DNA from: Novakomyces olei
Taxonomy: Eukaryota
Direction of reading: 5' to 3'
Assembly (NCBI GenBank): GCA_016906335.1
Contig: JADEYG010000009.1
Location: 62,001-126,000, forward strand
Length of the DNA stretch: 64,000 nucleotides
In this document: one piece after another, positions 46,706 through 58,929 of the stretch
Position numbering within the stretch: position 1 is the first letter of the stretch
Layout of the letters: each line of letters opens with the position of its first letter
Program-made: the position numbers and the translations under genes
Notes under the pieces: generated by a model
What the model was told of the DNA's origin: nothing
Seen by the model: the letters and a program-made list of their open reading frames with translations, nothing else
Databases searched by the model: none

Positions 46706-48508
46706 ATGGTGTCGATAAGTACGGCCTTTACTCGCCTCAGTTTCACTAATATTTATTTTAGAAAAACAAAGCAAACGGCGCTCTACTCGTCTTCGAGCCA
46801 AGATTGAAAAAAGGGCAAATGCGCATCAACGCAAACAGCGCAAGCTGGCAAAAAAAAATCCTCAATGGAAGAGCCGTGTGAAGAAGGACCCTGGTATCCC
46901 CAACAATTTTCCGGGCAAGGAAAAAATGATCCAGGAGATTGTTGCACAAAAGGAGCGTAGGGACGAAGAGAGGCGTCAAAAACAAGGAAAGGCTCGTGAG
47001 CAACGGGCATTGTCCGGACAAGCAGGAACTGAAGATCAGATTGTACCTGACGATGAGCAAATGAGCTTAGATTCTGAAGATGAAAGGGCCGAAATTCTCG
47101 CCGCCTTGGCTGAAAATGCACAAGAAAGAGATGCAGAATTTGAGAACGAAGAGGGAGACGACGATGATGATGAAGACGAGGAAATGGATTCAGAGCAAGG
47201 CGATGACTCTGAAGGCGAAGAGCATTTTACTGCTGCTTCAGAGCATTCACGTAAAGCTTTTGACAAAGATTTTAAAAAAATAATTGAGCTCTCTGATGTT
47301 GTGCTATACATCCTCGACGCACGTGATCCACGTGGCACAAGATCAAAACAGGTGGAAAGTGCTATTCGTGAAAGTTCGGAGGACAAACGTGCGATTCTTG
47401 TATTAAACAAGATTGGTACGTTTTAGAATTTATTTTTGTTTGACAGCTCTACGATAATTAGTTTATCCAGTAGCTAGCCTGGACTACTATTTTTATTATC
47501 ATTGTCTATTCTGATCTCTCTTTTTTCTGTTTTTCTTTTAAATATATTTGATCCAATTTATTTTCTTTTATTTTATTTTATTTCAGAGTAATTAGCTTCA
47601 GCTTAATTGTCTCATGTTCTTCATGACTATTCTAACTTCCAGACTTGGTCCCTCCCAAAGTCCTGCATGACTGGCTTGTGATACTGAGGCGCTCGTTTGC
47701 GGTATTGCCTCTAAGAGCGAGCAGCAGTGTTAACGCACACACTTTCAACCATAGCTCTCTTTCTTCCAAAGCCACGATTCAAAATCTGGTGCGTGCGCTA
47801 AAAGGGTTTGCCGCCTCAAAGAACTTGAAGCGCTCCTTGACTGTGGGCATTATTGGGTACCCGAACGTGGGAAAGTCTTCCGTTATAAATGCACTCATGT
47901 CTCGAGGAGCGTCGAAGGAGCCTTGTCCCACAGGTGCGGAGGCCGGTGTTACTACGTCACTGAGACGAGTTAAACTGGACAGCAAGCTGACTTTGATAGA
48001 CTCGCCGGGCATCGTTTTTCCCGGGCAAGAAAAAGAAAATAACAAAAATAATAGGGAGTCCAGGAGTGAAGCGCGGCTCGCTCTTGTTGGTGCGATCCCT
48101 GTACAAAAAGTTCAGGATCCTGTTGGTGCAGTCAGTCTAATGCTTTCAAGACTCAAAAACCCGGCAGCAAACAGCAATAATAATTTATTGAAAAAGATTC
48201 AGGAATATTATCAACTCCCTCCGCTCGTCACTAGCGACGATTTCGATTATACTACTGATTTTCTGGTCAACGTGGCACGGAAACGGGGCCGTATTGGCCG
48301 CGGTGGCATCCCTAATCTTGACGGTGCGGCTAAAGCCGTGATTGCTGATTGGTGTACGGGACGAATTCAATGGTGGGTTGAACCTGAAACTACGGATAGT
48401 GTTGCAGCTGCCGATGTAAGGGCTGTAGTGAACGAATTTTCAGCTGCTTTTGATCTGGATGGTTTGCTTGCAGAAACTGCCGTCACTGGAGATAGCGAGA
48501 TGGATTAG
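46706..48508 (+). CDS. NUG1: Nucleostemin-family GTPase Nug1/Grn1 (60S biogenesis), 3 exons
   Basis: Basic N-terminus ..NPQWKSRVKKDPGIPNNFPGKE and a circularly permuted GTPase: DVVLYILDARDP, LVLNKI-D, GYPNVGKSS, DSPGIVF. Confidence 0.93.
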
Positions 48509-48672
48509 ATTGGAGGATTTCTAGTGCTAATCTCATTTCAGGAGTGGGGTTTCGAGACAAGGTCTTTATAGAAATGGAGTGTTGTGAATTTATACTGGTT
48601 GAGATAAAATGCATTTGTTTATATGTTTACAATTTAAACTCTAACCCTAACCCTATACTTATTTACATTAAA

Positions 48673-49829
48673 TTAGCTAATTATGGCGAGGGTCAAATAG
48701 ATCCAGCCATCGCTGTAAGCTGCTTCTTGAGCAATTTCCACCAGATCTGCTTGCATGGAGAGTAGCGTTCCATGCAAGACTGGCTGACAGTAAATACAGG
48801 TACGCTTTGACGGGAAAAGCTGCGGCACCAACTGATTAAGCGCATCTCCAACGGTAAGAAACTGCCGATTTTCAGAGCGAGAAATTTGCAGTGGCGTCTG
48901 CAAAGGAGGAATTGCGTCGGGAAGATGTAGTCGCAAGGGCACGTTTCTAAATGGTTCCTCCCGTGGCCACAACAAAGTGTTGATTTGCCAGAAGCCGTGG
49001 TAGTCGTCTGATATAGTCAGCAATCAATAGGAATTATTACTACCAAGATGTTGCTACTCAGAATCATAAATAATAAATTCCGAAGAATAAATTTGTGTTA
49101 TACGGATCCAAACGTGTACGTTATGACAAAACAAATAATGGAATATATAAATCAAAAATAATACCTTGTAAAATACAATCCCATAATTGATGAGATTGAT
49201 CGCGCGCCAATTCTAATATAGTACGCACGTGTCCACGTCGAAAATATTGAGCCTTTTGATTAAATGCATTTTCGTCAATAAACGCTACCTCTTTTAGCGA
49301 GTTCATAAACGCACTGCGAGCAAAATCATCCGTACGTTCGAGTAGGAGATTTTTGGGATAATTTGATAATCGCATCGAAATTTTCCAAGGCAAATGCGCG
49401 GGCAAAGATGTCTCGCATTCGATAAAATCAACGCCAGCTAAAAGGTCGAATAATAGCCCAATTGGCCAGTGCCTGGATGTTTATACAGACGAACGAAATA
49501 AGCATAAAGAAACAAAGCAATTACCATTTGAGAGGCACTTGTTCAAATTCGAACCAGACTGCTTTGCGGTCAACATCGCCTACCGCGTCAAAGAAATAAT
49601 CTAAACATTCATCGACGATTGATGAGAAATAATCCAGTCGGCGCACAATTGTCTGTTTCTCTGTTAGAAAGATCGGCAACGTACGCTAACGTACATGAAA
49701 CGCGGGCAGCGATAAGCCGCCTGTGTATTCTTGAGAATCAAGCGAAATTATAAGAGGAACTGATCGCGCCCAGACCCATTTGCGAAGCGTTCTATCGGCC
49801 TCGGGTCTGCTCAATTCGCGGTCTGTCAT
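48673..49829 (-). CDS. ATG5: Autophagy protein Atg5 (multi-exon)
   Basis: LRKWVWARSVPL N-terminus, [53 protein letters not shown]..PVLHG and YSDGWIYL. Confidence 0.9.
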
Positions 49830-50033
49830 GGAGCGTCATGTGCAGGAGCAATGATTGATGTACTCTATTATCAATAAATTAATATTAAAAGAATAATTAT
49901 ATTAATTTTACAATTATAGGCGTATTTATTTCTCCAATTTATTCAATTTTATCTGTTTTTATCTATTTATTGCACTATTTATTGCATTATTTATTATCTG
50001 CCGTTTATTTACTGTCTATCGTCATCCAGCGCT

Positions 50034-50429
50034 ATGGAGAATGATCTTTTAGACCTGATTTTGCAGGCTTTACACACTGTCCAGCGCACGCTGGTGCTGC
50101 ATATAGCACCTGCTCTGCGCACAGCACTGCGGAACCATCCTGATCTTGTTTCTACGCTGCTTTTACTAGCGATTTTGTACATTTCAATCTTGATCCTGGG
50201 CCGTGTTTATCGCACAATAATAACGCTTTTACAGTTGGCGATCTTTGCTGGTGCTGCCGCGCTCGCGATCTATGTTGCATCCGGCGGCCAGGATGCCCTC
50301 TTTGTTGTACGCGCAAACGCGTGGCGGCTGCTCCGGTCGGTAGGCGATTTTGTGATTGGTGGGAACACGCGTAACCAGATATTCACGTCTCCTTTAGCCA
50401 AATATTTCTTTTGGACCGCGTCTGTTTAG
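50034..50429 (+). CDS. Small two-TM membrane protein, Apq12-like (nuclear envelope/NPC biogenesis)
   Basis: 131 aa. PDLVSTLLLLAILYISILILGRVYRTIITLLQLAIF resembles the Apq12 family hairpin. Confidence 0.55.
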   Translation: MENDLLDLILQALHTVQRTLVLHIAPALRTALRNHPDLVSTLLLLAILYISILILGRVYRTIITLLQLAIFAGAAALAIYVASGGQDALFVVRANAWRLLRSVGDFVIGGNTRNQIFTSPLAKYFFWTASV

Positions 50430-50765
50430 CAGAGCCTGTGATTATATTACTTGCGCTTGATTTAATGTTTAATTTGGGAAACGGGTTTACGCGTTTGCTG
50501 GCTAGACGTGCAATTAAAGTCAGAGGTAAATAGTATATTCGAGTTAAAAACGGTGTCCGTCCCGCTTTCACCCACTGTTGTTGACCTGTCATTGCCAACT
50601 TTTGACTTACTCGAGCGATGCAGACGCCAATGGCAGTAAAAAGCGAGTGACTTGGTCCTGTACTTTTTTTTGGCGAAATAGTAAACGAGGATAAACGTGC
50701 AACGCTTGATATTAACAAAAATAATCTATAATTACAATCTAACAGTACAGGATTTTTATAAAAGT

Positions 50766-53668
50766 CTAACCGCAATATTTGTTCACTTTTGTTAGCAGTA
50801 GTTAACAAAAACAATATGGAAAATCAAGGAATTAAAGAGTCAAAATCAAAAAGACTTACATGGACAAAGCGCCACTGTTCCCATTTTTGCTCCACCGAGA
50901 CCAGCAAGTGTAAGAAGGGCGTTAGCGATACCGCCAACGCCTTCTCCGGCTGCCAGTCCAGCAGCAATCGCTATAGCGCGTAGTTCCCACCCGACAGGAT
51001 TATTTTTCCACCAGTAGTATGATATTAAAGCGCCAATCAGCCTGCGACGTTAGATTGAAGAGAAATCTAATAAATCAAATCAAGACGTAAAGAGACGGCA
51101 GAATCATACATCGCTGTAGAATAGCAAGTCTGTGGCAGAGTGAAAGCCAAACCGATAGCGTTCATATTTGGAACGTATTTTCTATGCTCAATCTGCACGT
51201 ATCGATACTTGATAACCACCGTGCTTACGCTGACTAAGCCCATTATTCCAGCAAAAGCAAGGCAGCTTCCGGGAATAGGAATCTCTTCGGCCGTAACTGC
51301 CTCGGCTACCACTCGCCAAGCTTGAACTGAAGGAATGGAAAAAGGGCAATTGTCGCTAGAAACTTGCAATATGCAAGGATAAGCAGATGCAAAGAGCAGG
51401 AAGAAAAGTGTACAAAGCCAAATAGAGCAAAAGGCTCCTACTATTTGTGCAACAAACTGGGCCCAAGGCGAAGCTTGCAGCAAGTATCCACTAGATTGTT
51501 AGACCAGATAAAACAGTAAACGATGGTGAATTGATAGGAAATATAAATATAAAAAAAATTAGTTAAATTTAATAAGTAAGATAAAACAAAATACATTGCT
51601 ATTTATTGACAAGGCTCAAAATCACGAGTTGAAGACAGCAAATATATATAAAGATAAAATTATAATGAAACCAATTACTATTATATTTTTGCTTTAGTAT
51701 TTCATTGTTTCATTGTTTTGTTGCTTTATTTATACTCACGTTTTCAAATCGCCCAGCATATCTACAGATTGTGAGGCTGCGCCGGCAGCAACAATTCCCC
51801 CCGTCAAATTCACTAATTGTGAAGCAGCCGCATCAAACCCGGACTGCAAGTGTGTAATCCCACCAAGAACAATTTGGCTTGCTTTAGCACAAGTCGTGAC
51901 AGGGTTTATATCGATAGTCCCAGAAGACTGAGCTGCAATTATACTGAAAACAAAGGCCAGTCCAATAGAAACAGCCGTAAGTAGGACAGGAACAGAATAT
52001 TGTGCACGTAAAACAACACATGTAAATACGATAGACAAGCAGGCTCCACCCGCCCAGGCCCAAGTGGGGACCTGTTCGCTTTCGGGCCTTGTATCTGTGA
52101 GTGCCCCGTGCGTATTTGCACCATTATCTTCGTTACTGCCCGCATCCACCGACTCACGGCCCAAATTCTGCATGGGAATTGATGAAAGAAACTGATAATT
52201 AACCCTAACCCTAGAAGTTCTGCGTCTCAGGGCCTCAGTGGCGGCAGAGACCAAAGGCCCCAGGTTCATTGCTACCTCAGCAAAAGAAGCAAAGAACAAA
52301 ATACCCACTCCAACCCAAAGGTTCCAGTATCTGGGAGAGGGAAGACTGTCTTCTGCAAGCTCCATACTTTCAAAGTTTTGCAAGCCAGATGCCTCGTCTA
52401 CAATCCGGCCAGTAGTAGCACCAAATGCCTTTACTATAGGCGCCACTATGACCCATGCAAACAGAGAGCCTCCAAAAAACGAGAGAGATGCATTTAAACC
52501 TGAAAGAACTCCAGCCCCGAAAAAGGCCGGAGTCATTTCGATCACCCAGTTCCAACTTTCTAGCCAAACTGCCAATTTCCAGCCTGTCAGGCGGTAGAGC
52601 CACCAAAAAACATGAAGGTTGTATACAATTCCGGGAGCGTACTGAGCAAAAACTACAAAGCCAGTGGCTGAGCAAAAGGCATAGGTTAAAGCCTGGGCTT
52701 TAAGAAGTGCAGTTTCTGCTCCACGGGTAGCGTCCACGTGAAAAGCACGGATCGTGTGTGCAACGGCTGTTGGTGTCGGGAATACCAACTTCATATGTAA
52801 AATGTAAAGCTTTCTCAGTGGTACTGCAAAGAATAGGCCATAGTAAGCCGAGCTCACGGAGAACGTTATAAGCTGGTGGATTAGAAGATTGTGAAATTGT
52901 ATAAAATCATTTTGTGGAGGGCAATTGCATTGTTTTAGTCTCAATAAGCACCCTTTCATTTCATCAATCAAATGGCTTTTCTGTCTGTTTGTTTTTAATT
53001 CTTGGTTTATTATAATCGTTTTATTTCTTCCTGGGTTACTCCCGCTTACCCTCCAAAAATCATCGGCTGGTCTTTCCGATAAAAGACCCAGTTGGTACAT
53101 TGCTGGCACAGCACCAATGTATATAATACCTAGCGAACCGGCTGCGCTTGCTGCCGTTTGTACCGTGACCTATACGATGTAAGCCAAAGAATCAATAGGG
53201 CTAATCAAGGCGGCACACAGCCCATACTGGAATGGCCTGGTGGGCAGGAAAAGAAAAGCCAGTAATAAAGACGTTGTAATTTTAAGAGTACCTACATTTT
53301 CCTTTGGGCCAAAGTATCCGCCGCCCAGGTACGTTGGTGCTCGAGTAGCGATATTGCGTAGAATAACAAACCCGAGAATAGCTCCAAACAACGACGAGCC
53401 AAACGTCCAGCCCGTTTTCAAGCCTAAATAAATACTAGAGAACAATAAGCGTAGCAACTGAGTGAACTGCTTACTTTGACGCAGAGACAATCGCTCCCAG
53501 CGCACAGCCAACGAGCACGGCTCTAATGCTTAATTGCGATTCTTCTACCGTCCCATCGTCGGGAAAAGGCGCACACGGGTCAATTGGAGCTGGAGGCTCA
53601 GGATCGTAGTCGAAATCTGATAGAATATCGCCGTCAGAGTCATCGCCGTCCGTTGTCCCGCTTTTCAT
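50766..53668 (-). CDS. OPT-superfamily (YSL-like) oligopeptide/metal-chelate transporter, multi-exon
   Basis: QLSIRAVLVG..ASN-IYLGLKTGWTFG, FGPKEN, VPAMYQLGLL, LVFPTPTAVA, DINPVTTCAKASQ, DMLGDLKT, AGLAAGEGVGG and C-terminal CPLNKYCG. Confidence 0.9.
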
Positions 53669-53875
53669 GTTAATGGCAAAGGAGCGACTAATTTGAGGAA
53701 TCCATATCAGCTATTTATTCGCTTATATTATGAATATTCAATCGTGAATATTAATCGTCCTAGTCATACAATATGGGCGGAGTGGCCAACTCTGTTTAAT
53801 AAATAATAATATTTTGTCTATTTGCAAATCGCGATAAGCGTGCCGATACATACAAAGGATCTGACCAGTCCTTAA

Positions 53876-56321
53876 ATGGAGACCTCGACCAATGCAGATC
53901 TTTCAACTTCACTCGATCGTGCTCACATCAGCCAAGACGGCTCTATGCCGCCAGCAGCAGCCGCGCCTGCTGCTAATGCTGAAGCACCGGCCGCGACAGT
54001 TAGCAAAAGCCAGCTGAAAAAGGAGGCTAAAAAGGCACAGAAGGAGCAAAAGGCAAAACTTCCCAAGCCTCCAAAGGCAGCTAAAGCAGAAAAGCCAGAG
54101 ACAGACTCTAAAGCCGGCTCAGATATCTACTCTGTCGGGTTTCTGGCAAACCTTCATAAACCTGGAGGAAATCCACAAAGGAACCCGGAGCGTATGAGGG
54201 AGCACCTTGCCGCCACGGGCGGTAAAGTTTTTACTCGGTTTCCTCCTGAGGTAAATATAATGGCTTTTTGACCTTCTTGAGTCTTTAGTTTGGTTTTTTT
54301 TTTTTCCCCGATAATAGAAGCACAGTTTAGAAGCACAGTTTTGTTACTGATCAAGTGGCCTATTGATATTGTTCCTCAGTTCTATATTCTCTCTCTTATC
54401 CGAATTTGCGGGCCTATTTTTCCAGTGTATAATTTTTGATCGCAGGTGATGACTCCAATTTTTTACTAGCGAGCGCATTTATCTTCCAGTAAATGTTTGC
54501 TTTATATTCTTTTCTTCCTTTTCCTCTTCGCCTTTATCTTTACACTTTCTGCGAAAAGACCTTCTTTCGAAGTCTGGTTTCTAATTATTATTTATTATGT
54601 ACATTATTTTGAACAGCGTTACTGTGTCCCGATGGCCATCAATGTCTCAATATCTTCAATTCTTTTTACACAAGCAGCCTACTAAGCAACAGCCGAACGG
54701 TTACCTCCACATTGGACACTCTAAAGCGCTTTTAATAAACTTTGGCTATGCCCGTCATTACGGTGGCCATTGCTACCTCCGGTTTGACGATACGAACCCC
54801 GAGGCGGAGGACGAGACTTATGCGCAAAGCATCCTGGACATGGTGGACTGGCTCGGTTTCAAACCGTACAAGGTCACTTACTCTAGCGACTACTTTGACA
54901 GGCTGTACGAACTGGCAGAGGACTTGATCAAGCGCGGTTATGCCTACGTGGACCATTCAACAGACGCAGAAATAAACCAACAAAGGGGCGGTGATTCACA
55001 CGGTCCTCGCCACGAGTCCAGGTGGCGAAATCGTCCGATTGAAGAGTCACTCACCGAGTTCCGGGCAATGAAAGACGGAAAGTATCGGCCCAAGGAGGCT
55101 GTTTTACGTATGAAACAGGACATTAGCAGTGGAAACCCACAAATGTGGGATTTGGCCGCCTATAGAGTACTGGAAAAGCCTCATCATCGTACAGGCACGC
55201 GATGGCGGATCTATCCAACATATGATTTTACTCATTGTCTGGTGGATTCGTTTGAAAACATCTCTCATTCGCTTTGTACGGTAGAGTTCCAGTTGGCAAG
55301 AGAGAGCTACGAATGGCTCTGCAATGCTCTGGACATTTACTGTCCTGCTCAGCGAGAGTATGGAAGGCTAAATGTAATGGGAACAGTGCTGAGTAAACGT
55401 AAAATTTTGAGACTAGTAAACGCCGGCGTCGTCCGTGGCTGGGACGATCCTCGGCTGTATACTCTCGTCGGCCTTCGGCGGAGAGGAGTCCCTCCCGGAG
55501 CAATTTTGCAGTTTGTGTCGGAGCTCGGAGTGACTACGGCCGACGCTGTTATCAAGCTGGACCGCTTCGATGCGGTAGTGCGGAAATACCTGGAAAACAG
55601 TGTACCCCGGCTCATGATGATTCCGGACCCCGTGCCCGTGATTATTGATAATTTACCGCAAGATTACTTGGAAGAAATAAACCTGCCCTTTAACCCTAAA
55701 ATTCCGGAAATGGGATCACGCAATGTTCCGTTCACGGGTACCGTGTACATTGACCGATCAGATTTCAGGGAGCAGGACTCCAGCGATTATTTCCGGCTGG
55801 CTCCGGGCAAACGTGTCGGGCTTTTCCGAGTGCCCCGGCCTATCATTGCCACGGGATTTACACGGGACCCGTCTACGGGGCTGGTGACAGAGATACATGC
55901 GCACTATGAAAACGAGGGGGAGGCAATGGCAGCAAAACCCAAGGCCTATATTCAATGGGTAGCCAAGTGCCCGGAGAGAGGATCGCCTGTGCATATCGCA
56001 CAAGTGCGTGAAGTAGGCTCCCTTTTTTCTGTGGATAACCCTACAGTAGCCAAGGACGTACTGGATGTTGTCAACCCTACTTCTGAAGTCATTTTGGAGA
56101 GGGCCGTTGTGGAAACGGGTATCCATGATGTGCAGAAATCTGCTCCGTGGCCTAAAGTGGCCTCCCGCGAACAGGGCCATGACGATTCATCCGCACCTGA
56201 ATCAGTTCGGTTTCAGGCTATGCGTGTCGGGTATTATTGTATGGATAGTGATTCCCGACCGGATGCAATTGTGCTAAACAGGATTGTGACCCTGCGTGAA
56301 GATGTTGGCAAGAATGCGTAG
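53876..56321 (+). CDS. GLN4: Glutaminyl-tRNA synthetase (2 exons)
   Basis: [17 protein letters not shown] (HIGH motif), [25 protein letters not shown] and FQAMRVGYY. Intron at 54251-54692. Confidence 0.96.
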
Positions 56322-56638
56322 ACATCTCAGGCTAGTAATACACAGTTTTAATTAGATTTTATAGTCAAAGTCTCGCGCTGGTCTTTTTTTTTTCAAATAT
56401 ATTTATATTTATATTTATTATTACAACTCTTTCATAATATCACGAAATGCATATGCCATTCCTCATATCATTCAAATCATACTATCAAACATTCGTCATC
56501 CACTAGCTACATACACTTTGTCATTCACTCTTAAGAGACACGGTCCCGTATGTCTTTCTCCATTGAAATTAGGCCTTTATTCTTTTTTTTCTCCCTTTTT
56601 TTAAGAACATTTTATTCTATCTTTTTCTCCCCCTTCAT

Positions 56639-58312
56639 CTATTTTTCCTCTTTGGTTTGCGGTTGCTTGTAATGATCAACATTCATATCGTTCAGCCCTA
56701 AATCCTCGTTTTGCTCGTACGTTCGTTCATAGTCGGTTATAGTCATTTCAGGATCAGGATCAGGAGCATACAGGTTTTGCACATAGCTGGCAGCAAGAGC
56801 ATCATCAAGGATCAGAGTAAAAGGCTTTTCTCCCTTTCTTACACTGCGTAAATCAGCCAAAAACTTTTCCCACTTGGCTTTTTGCTCAGGAGGCATAGAA
56901 TCAGCTTCACGAGTATAAACTCGTGAGTACAATTCCTCGTCCACTTGGGCTAAAAGGCCCTCAACCGTGGTAAAACGGCCGCCCAGTGTTCCCGGAGCAA
57001 GATCAAGATTAATTTCAGGAATTGAAAAGGATGCAGTTTCGCTCTTGAGAATATCACGGGACAAATCATCAGGCAAATCCTTGCAGTGCAAAACAATTCT
57101 GCGGCCTTTGGGAGGAACTGCTCCACCGGTTTTAACCTCGTTTGATCTGTACCCACAGCGTTCACAATTTGTTGCCATCAAGATGACTTGTTTAAAATGA
57201 GGAATGTCAACTAGTTTCATGTGCGTTTCACACGGGTGCATACAGCTCGGACACGTGGCCGGGAAAGTCTGTACTTCTTGTTCAAACGACGAAACTGGAT
57301 CATCATTGAGTACACTAGCAGACTGATCTTGTTGCTGATTAGATTGAGGCTGATTAGATTGAGGCTGATTAGATTGAGGCTGATTAGATTGAGGCTGATT
57401 AGATTGAGGCTGATTAGATTGAGGCTGATTAGATTGAGGCTCGATGCCAGCTCCAGCTGCCTCTGTGTTCTCCAGTCCGAGTGCAGCATTTTGTTCAGGA
57501 GTTCGATCAAACTGCCTTAATGTCCACAAGTTGGCAGCCTCGCCAGGCTGGGGTTCAATAAAGCTGTTGCCTGCAGGATCTTCCAGCTCAAGGACAAAAG
57601 GCAGCTCTTGGCCATCGCGCAATTTCCGCGCATGACTCAAAAATTGCTCAATCTTTTCAAAACTCGCGGGGTCCGTATGCCGGCGCAGAGCCTGTCCGCT
57701 TTCCAGATCGTTAATGACGTCAGTCACAACGCCTTCAATAGTGGTCAATTGCCCCCGCTGTGCCGGAATTTCAAGGTCGAGCGCCGGGATTCGAACTGTG
57801 CACGTATCGCTCTTGACCACGTTGCGGTCTAGACCCTTGCGCTCTGTGACCTTGAAAGTACAGACACTGCCACGCGTCTGTATCTGCCCGGCACTTTGCA
57901 CTTCCGAGTTCCGGTACCCACAGTGCGGACAGTAAAAGCTCATGAGAACAATCTCGTGAAAGTACGGGATCGATGTCAGTAAAAGCCTCGTTGTTCCGTT
58001 TTTACCGCAGTTCATACACAGCGATTCAATTTCCTGCACTGGAGAAGTCTCATTGCCTTTGCCTTCCGATCCTGTATCGGCTCCTGTATCGGCTCCTGTA
58101 TCGGCTCCTGTACTCGATAATGGGGCTCTGCCATCGGTCCCGTCCTGCTTGGCCACTTGCGGCTCTGCCGCCTGCCGTTGCCGGTCAATAGTCTCGACCG
58201 TTTCGCCTACTGACTGGAACATGGGAGCAGTGGCATTGCCTTGCTCCCGCTCGGCTCCACTGCCAGCAGGGTCCGCTGTCGGAGGCTGATTCTGGGTCTG
58301 TGGGTCCACCAT
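56639..58312 (-). CDS. ZPR1: Zinc finger protein Zpr1 (eEF1A chaperone)
   Basis: Two ZPR1 modules: IESLCMNC..CPHCGYRN and FPATCPSC..CERCGYRSNEVK, plus GGRFTTVEGLL and EDLGLNDM. Confidence 0.95.
   Translation of the reverse strand: MVDPQTQNQPPTADPAGSGAEREQGNATAPMFQSVGETVETIDRQRQAAEPQVAKQDGTDGRAPLSSTGADTGADTGADTGSEGKGNETSPVQEIESLCMNCGKNGTTRLLLTSIPYFHEIVLMSFYCPHCGYRNSEVQSAGQIQTRGSVCTFKVTERKGLDRNVVKSDTCTVRIPALDLEIPAQRGQLTTIEGVVTDVINDLESGQALRRHTDPASFEKIEQFLSHARKLRDGQELPFVLELEDPAGNSFIEPQPGEAANLWTLRQFDRTPEQNAALGLENTEAAGAGIEPQSNQPQSNQPQSNQPQSNQPQSNQPQSNQPQSNQQQDQSASVLNDDPVSSFEQEVQTFPATCPSCMHPCETHMKLVDIPHFKQVILMATNCERCGYRSNEVKTGGAVPPKGRRIVLHCKDLPDDLSRDILKSETASFSIPEINLDLAPGTLGGRFTTVEGLLAQVDEELYSRVYTREADSMPPEQKAKWEKFLADLRSVRKGEKPFTLILDDALAASYVQNLYAPDPDPEMTITDYERTYEQNEDLGLNDMNVDHYKQPQTKEEK
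57334..57441 (-). repeat. Perfect coding 15-bp repeat x7 encoding (PQSNQ)7 in the Zpr1 linker
   Basis: gctgattagattgag repeated 7 times without mismatch. Confidence 0.95.
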
Positions 58313-58929
58313 TTCGTCGCCTAAACGTACACGCTTGGCAGGTTCAGAAACTGCTTCTGTTTTGCGATCCAGTTTGACTCGTCTGCGAGCTCGTCGCCAA
58401 CCTGATTTTTTTTTTAATTATTCTTTTCTTGATTTATTTCGTTTTTGATTTATTCTTTTGTATTTATTTAATCTCGGAATTTTAGGGTAGTGTTATCGTA
58501 CTATTATTATATGCTGTCATGTGACTAGAAGTTTCTTATCGAGCAGTAAAGAAGGAATTAATATTACATAATATGAATATAATATTGATTAAATAATGTT
58601 GAAAACATGTTCAACATATTAATGAACATAATATTAGTGAATATAATATTAAAGTATATTTGAGAGTATATAATATTAAAGAGTACATAATATAATATTA
58701 GAGAGTATGTAATTAAAGAGTACAATGTACTCAGTTATATTCTATTCTACACGTTACTTTGTTCATATTTATATTGTCCATATTATATTATTCTTATATG
58801 CAAATATATTACGGGCGCTCGCTGCGGCAGAATCAGTGATAATTTCACGTATAAACTAATTACTGCAAACTTTCACTTCAGCTCGAGTTGCCTCAAATCC
58901 TCGAACCTTCGAGGCCAAAATCAGCAAAG

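Noticed and set aside
48641-48655. CTAACCCTAACCCTA, resembling a telomerase RNA template (tempting given the pof8-like gene)
   Set aside because: It lies in the 165-bp gap between the convergent NUG1 and ATG5 stops, leaving no room for a telomerase RNA. A similar run at about 52200 is inside the OPT coding sequence.
54445-54452. GTGATGA box C in the GLN4 intron as a C/D snoRNA
   Set aside because: No CTGA box D at a suitable distance downstream and no terminal stem.
57217-57520. Alternative-frame ORFs with (LNLIS)n and (LIRLR)n repeats
   Set aside because: These are shadow translations of the ZPR1 15-bp repeat.
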